Shown: piece after piece, positions 25,212-34,322 of the stretch | Layout: every line of letters starts with the position of its first letter | How positions within the stretch are numbered: the stretch's first letter is position 1 | IMG/VR virus record: IMGVR_UViG_3300045988_160012 | DNA: 64,000 nt | Source: a virus | Strand: one strand, 5' to 3' | Made by a program: the position numbers and the translations under genes | Notes under the pieces: generated by a model | The model's database searches: none | What the model was told of the DNA's origin: nothing | The model's input: the letters and a program-made list of their open reading frames with translations, nothing else

Positions 25212-25277
25212 AAAATTTGGTTTTTATGGGGAAATGAGAGCCTTAATTTAAAGCTTTTTACATCTCCCCATTTTGCA

Positions 25278-26486
25278 TCAAATATTATCAAGCCATGATA
25301 AATCCACGTTTTCAGTGTCTTTATGATGTATAACCTTATTAGTTTGTGCTACTGGACTACTTTCTACAGTAGAACTACCAACACCAGAAAATACATCTCC
25401 GTCTTTAGCTTTTTCTGTTCTTTCAAGATATGCTTTATATGGTAAATGTAAATTTGGAGAATAGCCACAAAGCGTAGAAAAATAATAACTCTGAGCTTCA
25501 ACAGATTCATCTGTATCCCAAAATGCTTTATCGCTATGAGTCTCCTCATAATCCTTTTCTCTTAATTCAATATCATTAATAGTGGAAATAATAGTTTCTT
25601 TCCATCTATTGATAAGTTCGTCTGTCAGTGGTACATATACATAACAATCAGAAATAATATATTTCTCCTGTACTTCTTTCGGCAAACATTTAATATCATT
25701 TGTATCTAAAAGCAGTTTAAGATAATCGTCTACTTGGTCAGTATATCCTAATTTCTTTAACCACATCTTTGCATTTGTTTGAAGGCTTTCACCAATTTTA
25801 CATCTCTCAACCTCTCTGGTTTTTACTGCACCATTCGCCTGTTCATATTGAATAGAAACATATTTAAGGAAATTCCAGCAAATATGAATCTTATCCATTG
25901 GAACTCCCTGTTGGTTTAAACCAATTGCATATACAACTAACTGACCGCACTCATTCTCAGCCTTTTTGCCTTTATATATGCTGCTTGTTTTCCAATCCAA
26001 AATATTGAAATTTCCTTCATCATCCTTAAAACAAACATCAATATACCCCTGAAATAAATTATCACCGATTTTGGCTTTCACAAATTGTTCAATAACAGGT
26101 TTATATTTTAATGGAGTATGATTCATAAAGAAATGTTTCAGATTTTCATAATACTTCTGAGAAATCTTATCATTTTTTTCAGGTGAATTTCTATCGAATT
26201 TCATTTCCGCAATATTAAATGCGGTAACCCAACCATCTTCAAAATCGTCTATCATTTGCTCATATGGTAATTTGCCAGTATATCTTCTTTCCATAATATC
26301 ATGTGCAATACCACCTGTTGTTGTATAAATACAGTCAGTTCTATCTTCTTTTTTATGAAGAATATACTTCAAAAAATACTCATATGGACTTGTATGAAAG
26401 CAATTCCATTTTGACCAAGACCATATTCTACTGACTCCCTCATTTTTCATAAGAGTTTGCAGTTCTTCACTTGTTAATCTTGCCAT
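25278..26486 (-). CDS. PD-(D/E)XK family nuclease (RecB/Cas4-like exonuclease)
   Basis: GYIDV...ILDWKTS arrangement (D...D-x-K core). Confidence 0.45.
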   Translation of the reverse strand: MARLTSEELQTLMKNEGVSRIWSWSKWNCFHTSPYEYFLKYILHKKEDRTDCIYTTTGGIAHDIMERRYTGKLPYEQMIDDFEDGWVTAFNIAEMKFDRNSPEKNDKISQKYYENLKHFFMNHTPLKYKPVIEQFVKAKIGDNLFQGYIDVCFKDDEGNFNILDWKTSSIYKGKKAENECGQLVVYAIGLNQQGVPMDKIHICWNFLKYVSIQYEQANGAVKTREVERCKIGESLQTNAKMWLKKLGYTDQVDDYLKLLLDTNDIKCLPKEVQEKYIISDCYVYVPLTDELINRWKETIISTINDIELREKDYEETHSDKAFWDTDESVEAQSYYFSTLCGYSPNLHLPYKAYLERTEKAKDGDVFSGVGSSTVESSPVAQTNKVIHHKDTENVDLSWLDNI

Positions 26487-26495
26487 ATGTACCTC

Positions 26496-27569
26496 CTACT
26501 TTTGCAAACTTTTAAGGTATTTTCTATGATGCTCCGCATCATATTTAACCTTATATTTCATCAGAAAATCGTATATTTTATTCTTAGCATCTGCTGGACT
26601 ATCTTTTTCTTTCAATAAATCCCATTTGTCTTGAATGTAATATACGTTTCTCTTGTTATAAAATTTCTCACATATATCCCAAACTTCTTCAATCGGCACA
26701 TCTTTGTCTAATGCGATTACAATATCAACATTTAGACCAATTAAAATAGCTGCCTGTTCCTCTGACATTGTATGTCCACTTAAAGCAACCAATGTTGAAT
26801 CATTTAAGCTATCTCTTTTCAATACAGATTTCTCAGCTTCAACAACTGTAACCTGTTTTGCTTTTTGAATTGAATCATAATTTTCATATAATCCAAACAG
26901 ATTTAAGCTTTTTTGATATGATGGAGTAATGAAGAATTTTTTTATTCCCAACTCTTCATAATTTTCTACAGTTGTTCTACTGTTGATACCAAGTAGTTCC
27001 CCTGTAATCCAATATCTCATTGGAATAATTACCCTTTTTCGTTTATATGAATATGCCAATCCAAACTTTTTCGCTGTCCAAGGCATTACACCCTCTCTTA
27101 GCCATCCTATATATAAAAGTGGAATATAATCATTTAACAAATCTTCGTCTATTGTCTGAATATTTGATACATCTACTCGCTTTCTACTTCTGTGTTTTGC
27201 TAAAAAACTTAATGCAACATTTTGTTCGGAAACTTTTTGAGTTTTTATAGGTTTGGAATATTTGAAATCCAAACCAAGTATCTTATGCAAATATTTAACA
27301 GCTTCCAAAAAAGAAATGTTTTTATTATATTCCACTAATGTAATAATATCGGAGTTATCATCAAACTCTTTTTGTCTTGTCCAGTTGACAACATTTAGAT
27401 ATTGATTATTTTTTACATTTACAGCACCTACATTATCTCCATTATAGTTTGAACACGAATAAAACTCTTTATTATCATGATATTTGATGTTTTTACATCC
27501 AATCTCATCTAATACAAATTCAATTTTTTGATTATCATAGATATATTTTTTCAATGAAATAGTATCCAT
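26496..27569 (-). CDS. DNA primase (TOPRIM domain)
   Basis: VVEAEKSVL ... IVIALDKD resembles TOPRIM Glu and DxD motifs. Adjacent to the replicative helicase. Confidence 0.55.
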   Translation of the reverse strand: MDTISLKKYIYDNQKIEFVLDEIGCKNIKYHDNKEFYSCSNYNGDNVGAVNVKNNQYLNVVNWTRQKEFDDNSDIITLVEYNKNISFLEAVKYLHKILGLDFKYSKPIKTQKVSEQNVALSFLAKHRSRKRVDVSNIQTIDEDLLNDYIPLLYIGWLREGVMPWTAKKFGLAYSYKRKRVIIPMRYWITGELLGINSRTTVENYEELGIKKFFITPSYQKSLNLFGLYENYDSIQKAKQVTVVEAEKSVLKRDSLNDSTLVALSGHTMSEEQAAILIGLNVDIVIALDKDVPIEEVWDICEKFYNKRNVYYIQDKWDLLKEKDSPADAKNKIYDFLMKYKVKYDAEHHRKYLKSLQK

Positions 27570-27583
27570 TACACACCTCCGTA

Positions 27584-29083
27584 TTAGAATCCATCGGGTG
27601 AAATATTTGTAATACCAACCTCATTGATAATATTCCTTGATTTATCATGTTCTGCAACTATCTGAAATTGGTTTGCTGCTCCTTCCTGATTCTTCACAAT
27701 AAAAAATACTTGGTATCGTTTATTTTTATCCAGTTTGACAGGTATTTTAGATTTCCCATTTTTACCTTCCAATCTGTAAACTTTTAACGCTCTCTTTTCA
27801 TCTGTATATTCATCTTCAAAAACATCTCGAATCATAATACAGGTAGATGCTACATCGACAATATTCTTTGCAAGTCCAATATTATTTTGTGTATAATACC
27901 TCATTACTGAACTTCCCTTTTCCAACTGGAAAGTAATTAAGATATGTACATTTAAAGCTTCCTGTTTTACAGTATCTTTAATGTCTACCATAGCCTGTTG
28001 CATTTCCAACCATGAATTTCCGCTTACTTTTCCAGCATCCATTTTGAAAGTATCAAGAACAAAATATTTGACACCCATTGCTACATATTTTCTGATTTCT
28101 TTAATTGCTTTTGCTGTTTGATATTGAACAAATGGAATAACAGTAATCATATGATTCTGAGTTTTTTCTTCAAGCCAATCTGCTGCCTTATGAAGCATTG
28201 CTTTAACATCAGGTGCATACTTACCATCTCTAACAACGTGCTTCTGAATGTCATATTTGAAAATATTATTACAAATCCAAACCAACATTTCTCTTTGCCA
28301 TTTTGCAAGAGAATCCTCATTAACCATAATTACTATTTTTTCATTTAATTCAATGATACTTGGAATTGTAGTAGAACGTGCTACTGTTGATTTACCAGCA
28401 TTAGATACACCACCCAACAAAGTAATTGACCCCATATATTGACCGCCTGTTTCTTTACTCAAAATCGGCATATCATGATATGGTAAACCAATGGCAATTC
28501 CAGCATCTAATTTTTCAATTAAATCATGAATTTTATAACAAATATCATATGATTTTACATCACTATCAATATTGGCAAAAGTATGATTCAAATAAGCAGA
28601 ATACTCATTGTAAATATCTTCGGCAGTCATATCTGCATAATCAGAAAGTCTTTCTTTTACTGGAAATCCCTTTTTGCATAACTGAATAACTGCCTTCCAT
28701 TTTCTAAGCTCCTGAATATATCCCTGTAGGTTTTCTACCTTTATGTATTCCATAGCAGACCTTATGGTGTCATACTCTCCATATTCAGTATATTTTGCCT
28801 TCAATTTGGGATGTTTCTCTAGGTAAACTCCAATAGTAATATCATCAAGGGCATTTTTCTTTTCTGTCAAAATAATCTCATGAGCTATTTCAAAGTAAAC
28901 TCTCCAGACATTATTTGAGAAATCATCAATAGTAAGATTTGTATTATAAATTTCATCAGGACTTTTATATAAAATACTCACAACATTCGCTTCTGAAGCA
29001 ATCTTATATTCCAAAACCTTTTTGGCAGCATCAATTGTTTCCTGTTCAAATGCGGTAAGTTTTACTTGATTCTTCTCTGCCAT
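27584..29083 (-). CDS. dnaB: DnaB-like replicative DNA helicase
   Basis: Walker A LLGGVSNAGKST and a RecA-like C-terminal domain with N-terminal helical domain. Confidence 0.8.
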   Translation of the reverse strand: MAEKNQVKLTAFEQETIDAAKKVLEYKIASEANVVSILYKSPDEIYNTNLTIDDFSNNVWRVYFEIAHEIILTEKKNALDDITIGVYLEKHPKLKAKYTEYGEYDTIRSAMEYIKVENLQGYIQELRKWKAVIQLCKKGFPVKERLSDYADMTAEDIYNEYSAYLNHTFANIDSDVKSYDICYKIHDLIEKLDAGIAIGLPYHDMPILSKETGGQYMGSITLLGGVSNAGKSTVARSTTIPSIIELNEKIVIMVNEDSLAKWQREMLVWICNNIFKYDIQKHVVRDGKYAPDVKAMLHKAADWLEEKTQNHMITVIPFVQYQTAKAIKEIRKYVAMGVKYFVLDTFKMDAGKVSGNSWLEMQQAMVDIKDTVKQEALNVHILITFQLEKGSSVMRYYTQNNIGLAKNIVDVASTCIMIRDVFEDEYTDEKRALKVYRLEGKNGKSKIPVKLDKNKRYQVFFIVKNQEGAANQFQIVAEHDKSRNIINEVGITNISPDGF

Positions 29084-29093
29084 AACTTACCTC

Positions 29094-29594
29094 CTACCAT
29101 AACTCTTCTAAATTACTTGAAGTTTCTTTAGTTTTACGTTGGTAGGAAGCACCTGTATGTGTCGCAGTTTTAACATCCATTGTCTGAGTCTTTTCCTCTG
29201 CTTTAACCGCATTTTTCATTCGTGTATAAACTGTATTGAGATTAGACTCCACAATCTTTAGCACATAATTGAATCGATGTCTTTCATCTCTAAATGAATT
29301 ACTACTCAATCCCCTCTGAATATCTAATGAGCAATACTTAAATGTATTCAATACTGTTTTATAGGAGTAACTTGCAGTATCCTGAATGTGATTGTTCTCC
29401 ATAAATTTATTACTCAGTAGTCCTTTTAATCTCAATACCATTTCTGACGAAAGAGATTGATTCTGGTCATATCCCATAACCTCTGTTCTGACATATTCAT
29501 ACAGTTCATCCCAGTCAGCTTTTTCTTGTTTTGACATATGTTTTCGTGTTGTTCTTGCCATAATTATTACTCCTATTTTTGAAATTTCCCCCAC
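29094..29594 (-). CDS. hypothetical protein
   Basis: ORF. Confidence 0.3.
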   Translation of the reverse strand: MGEISKIGVIIMARTTRKHMSKQEKADWDELYEYVRTEVMGYDQNQSLSSEMVLRLKGLLSNKFMENNHIQDTASYSYKTVLNTFKYCSLDIQRGLSSNSFRDERHRFNYVLKIVESNLNTVYTRMKNAVKAEEKTQTMDVKTATHTGASYQRKTKETSSNLEELW

Positions 29595-29628
29595 GTAAAA
29601 CGTGAGGGATTTATATTAATTGCAAATC

Positions 29629-30831
29629 TTATTTAAGGGTAAAAGCAAGAATCTTCTTAGCATCTTCAACAGAAGTAATTTCTTTCGGATTTGCATATCC
29701 CATTGATTTAACCTCATCCATAATAGGTTTAATCACTGTAAGGTCAGATTTGTGAGCTGTAAAGAAATCAACAATCTCAGCAATAATTTCATCAAGCTCC
29801 TTTTCTGTTTTATGTTGCTCTTCCATAGCTGCAACCTTTTCCTCTTTTTTACTTTCAATGGCTGCCTGTTCAGCCTTTGTTTCCTCAAGAGACTTACCAG
29901 ATTTAGACTGTTCAGCTAAAATAGCATCTGTAATTGCCTTGATAAACTCATCTGGGTCAAGATTAATCTCTGGTACAATATCAGCAAAACGAGAACCAGA
30001 ATCTACTGCATAGTTATCATCTCTAAATTTAATCTTTCTCTTTTCATCTTTGACAACATTCTTGACCTCTTCCTTGTTGGTAACAATATTTTTCTTACCT
30101 GTTTTCTCTTTTGCAATTGTTCTGTCAATATATGCAAGACCAAGGAAATGAAGGTTTTTCTTGAGAGCATTGAAATAATTCTGCTGCTGGTCAGATGTAA
30201 GTGTCTGATAAGTTTCTCCTGAAACAACATCTGTTACATCTTTCGTCTTTACGTGACCAATAACAAATGTCTCAACTCCTACTTTCTTTAATTCGGCTTT
30301 CATATTGAACATAAGCTCAATAGCCTTCTTTTCTCCTTTACCAAAGCCACCCCAAGCAGCATTGATACTCTTTGTACACTTTTCAGGATGCTGATTTTCT
30401 CTACATTCTTTATTCCAAAGACGAATAGCTTCCTGTTCTGCAATAGTGATAAGCTGGTCATATGTATCCCAAACAACTACTTTAAGAGCTGCATATTCTG
30501 TTGATTTGTTTTCAATAATATCTTCACATACATCTGCAAAACCAGCAGAGTTTGTAAGCTCATCAAATTCCATATTCCATTCAGGGCAGTTTACATGGTT
30601 AATACCTTCAATTGCATCTGCACCTCTCTCCTGTCCTAACTCTAAGAACATATATCCATCTTCACCTACAAGCTTTTCACATACCTGTCTTACCAGAGTT
30701 GTTTTTCCAACTTTCGCTTCACCTAACAGGCAGCTAGAATATGATAAAGGGTCTAAGTTTACATGATTTTTTCTTCCGAATTTAGCCATTTCGAATCCTC
30801 CAATTTTATTTAATATAAGAGGAGAGAGCAT
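29629..30831 (-). CDS. P-loop ATPase (RecA-like/AAA) with C-terminal coiled-coil
   Basis: Walker A GEAKVGKTTL; Walker B VVVWDTYDQL. Confidence 0.45.
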   Translation of the reverse strand: MLSPLILNKIGGFEMAKFGRKNHVNLDPLSYSSCLLGEAKVGKTTLVRQVCEKLVGEDGYMFLELGQERGADAIEGINHVNCPEWNMEFDELTNSAGFADVCEDIIENKSTEYAALKVVVWDTYDQLITIAEQEAIRLWNKECRENQHPEKCTKSINAAWGGFGKGEKKAIELMFNMKAELKKVGVETFVIGHVKTKDVTDVVSGETYQTLTSDQQQNYFNALKKNLHFLGLAYIDRTIAKEKTGKKNIVTNKEEVKNVVKDEKRKIKFRDDNYAVDSGSRFADIVPEINLDPDEFIKAITDAILAEQSKSGKSLEETKAEQAAIESKKEEKVAAMEEQHKTEKELDEIIAEIVDFFTAHKSDLTVIKPIMDEVKSMGYANPKEITSVEDAKKILAFTLK

Positions 30832-30849
30832 ATATCTCTCCTCTGTTAA

Positions 30850-30867
30850 TGTATAACCTTAATAGTT
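30850..30867 (-). promoter_or_regulatory. representative copy of phage 18-bp promoter-like motif TGTATAACCTTAATAGTT (gene strand: AACTATTAAGGTTATACA)
   Basis: At least 16 intergenic copies, each within ~15-20 nt of a minus-strand RBS/ATG. Approximate plus-strand starts: 6971, 8857, 15549, 19113, 21614, 25327, 30850, 32409, 36513, 42864, 47134, 48035, 49184, 56723, 59279, 62687. Confidence 0.55.
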
Positions 30868-30877
30868 ATACTGTATT

Positions 30878-32071
30878 TTAAAGATTGTTAAGCCAATCCA
30901 TATCTGCTGAAGAACCACCATCTGTTGTTGCAGATGTATCTGCTTCAGGTGCGTTCATAGCATTTTCTACATTCTGCTCTACTGTTTCATTAAGATAATC
31001 AAGAATTAAATCATCTTCCTGATATTTCTCTTCAAATTTCTGTACAACTGGAATCTTATCATCACCAGTCAGTTTAACCATTGGTCTACGAAGAATCATT
31101 CTCTGTTCTCTACCGCCATTAGATGAACACTTTGCAAGAGCTTCCTCTTCAGTGAATACCCCACAAGCAATTAGGTCTTTAATATCTTCTGGAATATCGT
31201 CCAGAGTAGCCTTCACTGTAGCACCACCTTCAATAAATTCGCCTTCAAATGTAACCTGATTAATTCCTTTCTTAACCTTAAACAGCTTTTCCATAATTGT
31301 TGTACACTGTTTCTGATTGGTAATATCAGGGAACTCATATTCAAACTGCTTATTATAAGGATACTGACCTTTAATTTCAACCCCATTAAGCTCTTTCAGA
31401 TAATCAAGTACGATGCCATCCACATACATAACACCCTTATCCTTATCGTAATTATCTTTCAGATTTGCAGAATCCTTATTAAGCAGTACAGACTGTGTAA
31501 ATCTTGCTGCATACTTGGAAACATCATCAGCTTTGCTAAGTACAATACTTGTTACATTTTTTCTGACCTGAACCTTATCCTGATAGCTTGAATATTTAAG
31601 AGTACCCTTAACATTTACTACCATACCATCTTCCAGATGCTCTTTGATATATGCGATTGCATCATAAGGGGCAAGGAATTTCTTATAGAATGTACTTCCT
31701 TTATCAGTCTTTTCAAGTCCTACAGTTAAAAATGATAAATCACCAACTGTCTCAAGAATCTCATCATTAAATCTATCTTCCCAAGCAACCTGAATCTGTG
31801 TCTCAAAATCATCAGAACCATCTTCTTTTTTGCCATGAGCATAAATTAATCCAGCCTGTTCCTCAGAATAACCGCCCATCATTTCACAAAATACTGTTCC
31901 AAACTTCTCACCACAATCAATACCAAGATTTAACAAATTGTAAATCCAAGAAGATTTCTCACTCTTCTCATCAATCTTGAAAGTATGCTCAGTAATTTTG
32001 GCAGCTCCAATCAGATTAAAACTTGATACCCAGTCACTTTTTTTGATAACTTTCTTTGTAGTATTTGACAT
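30878..32071 (-). CDS. hypothetical protein (397 aa)
   Basis: ORF; acidic C-terminal tail (possible ssDNA-binding-type tail). Confidence 0.3.
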   Translation of the reverse strand: MSNTTKKVIKKSDWVSSFNLIGAAKITEHTFKIDEKSEKSSWIYNLLNLGIDCGEKFGTVFCEMMGGYSEEQAGLIYAHGKKEDGSDDFETQIQVAWEDRFNDEILETVGDLSFLTVGLEKTDKGSTFYKKFLAPYDAIAYIKEHLEDGMVVNVKGTLKYSSYQDKVQVRKNVTSIVLSKADDVSKYAARFTQSVLLNKDSANLKDNYDKDKGVMYVDGIVLDYLKELNGVEIKGQYPYNKQFEYEFPDITNQKQCTTIMEKLFKVKKGINQVTFEGEFIEGGATVKATLDDIPEDIKDLIACGVFTEEEALAKCSSNGGREQRMILRRPMVKLTGDDKIPVVQKFEEKYQEDDLILDYLNETVEQNVENAMNAPEADTSATTDGGSSADMDWLNNL

Positions 32072-32094
32072 TGTATGTCCTCCTTTAAATTGAT

Positions 32095-32379
32095 TTATTC
32101 TGTAACTGCATTATCAGTCTGAGCCTTCTTTTCTTTAAGCCCTGTTAAAAATGCCTTCATTGCTCTTAACTGACGTACAATTAACTTGCCATTGTCATTG
32201 TGACGCTTTTTCTTATTAGATACTTTTCTGGTAACAACTGTATTACCCTTCGCATCTACAGTTTCAACTCTTTTTGAGTGAACCTTATCCCACTCTGCTT
32301 TAAAATTCTTTGTGTTTCCATTCTTGCGATAACACTGGTTACGAATTACTTCTCTCTGAAGTTTTCTAAGACTACTCAT
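32095..32379 (-). CDS. small basic protein
   Basis: ORF; K/R-rich. Confidence 0.3.
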   Translation of the reverse strand: MSSLRKLQREVIRNQCYRKNGNTKNFKAEWDKVHSKRVETVDAKGNTVVTRKVSNKKKRHNDNGKLIVRQLRAMKAFLTGLKEKKAQTDNAVTE

Positions 32380-32408
32380 ATTGTCTTACCTCTCTTTCTT
32401 TTATTTGA

Positions 32409-32472
32409 TGTATAACTTTAATAGCTTACAATATTATTATACGAGAATTACTTTATTTTTAGGAACTACTTT
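32409..32472 (-). promoter_or_regulatory. tandem promoter region: sigma70-like element copy 3 (32430-32472) plus phage 18-bp motif (32409-32426)
   Basis: Same architecture as 15549-15625. Confidence 0.45.
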
Positions 32473-32488
32473 TTCAAGAAATTTTCAT

Positions 32489-32914
32489 TTATTTTAAATA
32501 AAAATTTGCTACGTGTTCTACCAATTCTCGCATTGAATCACATATACGTGTACTACACTCTACCAACCAAGGATGTAATTTATTACCGTCCTTATTTAAT
32601 GCAATAACAGGTATATGATATTCTTTGGCTATCATCAACTCCATAGCAGTACCAATACTTTTAGGGTTATTAAAATTAACCACCACTAAATCTGCTTTTC
32701 TAAGCCATGCCAATTCAAACTCCATAGCTTCTCTTTCAGATTTATGTTCTGTTGTTGCTGGAGAATAATATTCTGGTGGGCTAAAAAATATTGGCTTTTT
32801 GATAATATCATAATCACCATATAATAATGCATCTTTAACTTGATTTCTCCATTTTAGCTGTTCTTCTAATGTATAGCCAGACATTCCACCAGCCATATAA
32901 ATACGCACATCCAT
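32489..32914 (-). CDS. nucleoside 2-deoxyribosyltransferase-like (Rossmann) protein
   Basis: IYMAGGMSG ... E..W...ADLVVV pattern. Confidence 0.4.
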   Translation of the reverse strand: MDVRIYMAGGMSGYTLEEQLKWRNQVKDALLYGDYDIIKKPIFFSPPEYYSPATTEHKSEREAMEFELAWLRKADLVVVNFNNPKSIGTAMELMIAKEYHIPVIALNKDGNKLHPWLVECSTRICDSMRELVEHVANFYLK

Positions 32915-33510
32915 TACATATCACCTCTCATTTGTTGATAAAATGGTACTGTCATAAGCTCTGCACGAATTTCATCATACATTTTATGAAGTCTAGGATT
33001 TACCCAACGCATCCACTCTTTACGATTATCCTTAACCATATATTCTCTAACCTGAGTAGCGGAAATTGGGATTCTTCCTCTATTAACAATTAACTGAGAC
33101 ATATCTATAATGTCCTCTGCTGCAAACCATCTGGTTCTTTCTTCATCATTTCCAGAAATCATTAATTCTGGAACTTTATAAATATATCTATCAGCATTTC
33201 CGAGAAGATATTTACCCCAATCTGGTGTAATATCATTTTCATTTGTCAAATCTGCTAATCCATATATCATAATATTTGAATTGTCACCATAGATTTCTTT
33301 GAGCATTTTGGTTCTGGTATTGATATTCAAAGGATTTCGTTCTGTGCCACATTCTTGAGCAGAACCAATCAAAATCAATACTCTATCACAAAGTTCTAAT
33401 CCTGTTTTAACCAATGATTCATGTCCTTTGTGAAAAGTCTGAAATCTACCACAAATCATTCCAACATCATATGGTTTCATATTTCCTCCTTTAGATAACA
33501 TATTATCCAA
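32914..33510 (-). CDS. nadM: nicotinamide/nicotinate mononucleotide adenylyltransferase (NadM/NMNAT-like)
   Basis: GMICGRFQTFHKGH matches the (H/T)xGH cytidylyltransferase motif as found in NadR/NadM NMNATs. Confidence 0.7.
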   Translation of the reverse strand: MDNMLSKGGNMKPYDVGMICGRFQTFHKGHESLVKTGLELCDRVLILIGSAQECGTERNPLNINTRTKMLKEIYGDNSNIMIYGLADLTNENDITPDWGKYLLGNADRYIYKVPELMISGNDEERTRWFAAEDIIDMSQLIVNRGRIPISATQVREYMVKDNRKEWMRWVNPRLHKMYDEIRAELMTVPFYQQMRGDM

Positions 33511-33553
33511 AATACGTTAAAATAGGCATTTTTAGACAATATGTTATCCATTA

Positions 33554-33865
33554 TTATTTTCTATTATATCCTAAATCTTGATGCCATTGGCACAAATCAA
33601 GTAACCATTTAGGAGCTTCTTTTCCTGAATCTTTATAGTAACGCTCTATTTGTTGCGGTCTGGCAATTAATTTAGTGATAAGTTTTCCAGTATGATAATT
33701 ATGTATTAGAATCAATCCTGTATCTGTAATCGAATGTACTTCTAACCCATCCTTATGTCCTTTATCAACTATAAATCCATCAATCATATAGCCATCACCA
33801 TTGATAAATTTATTTATTAAGCGTTCTCTTTTATATCTTTGCTTATCATAATGTTTGCTGACCAT
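33554..33865 (-). CDS. hypothetical protein
   Basis: ORF. Confidence 0.3.
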   Translation of the reverse strand: MVSKHYDKQRYKRERLINKFINGDGYMIDGFIVDKGHKDGLEVHSITDTGLILIHNYHTGKLITKLIARPQQIERYYKDSGKEAPKWLLDLCQWHQDLGYNRK

Positions 33866-34322
33866 CCTCTTTATCCTCCTGTGAATCAGGAATCAACTCA
33901 GGATTGTCAAAAATATTACCTACAACTTCTATATTATTCAGACAAATTTCTTTACCTAAAGGATACCATTTATGCTCTGTATAATCCAAAAATACATATG
34001 CACCATAGTCTGAAGAATATGAAATTAAACCAACCATGCCCGATTGAATTGCTTTACATATATCTCCCTCAAATATCAACTGTTTATTTTTATCCAACAA
34101 ACCTGTGTCAATTTGATATACATATCTATTATCTGATATAAGAGATAAAGTCATATTACCTAAAAGGTTCTTTTTTGCTAAATATAAATCATTGTTAGGA
34201 GCAAGATAAATATTCTCTTTTACCCATGTAGTTTCCTTTTTGTCATATACTCTATACATTTGCTTCCTCCTGTTCTGCTTTCCATAAGTAAAATTTCTTT
34301 CGGAGATTACAAATATCGGCAT
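33846..34322 (-). CDS. YopX-family phage protein
   Basis: C-terminus VVGNIFDNPELI is typical of YopX. Confidence 0.55.
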   Translation of the reverse strand: MPIFVISERNFTYGKQNRRKQMYRVYDKKETTWVKENIYLAPNNDLYLAKKNLLGNMTLSLISDNRYVYQIDTGLLDKNKQLIFEGDICKAIQSGMVGLISYSSDYGAYVFLDYTEHKWYPLGKEICLNNIEVVGNIFDNPELIPDSQEDKEDGQQTL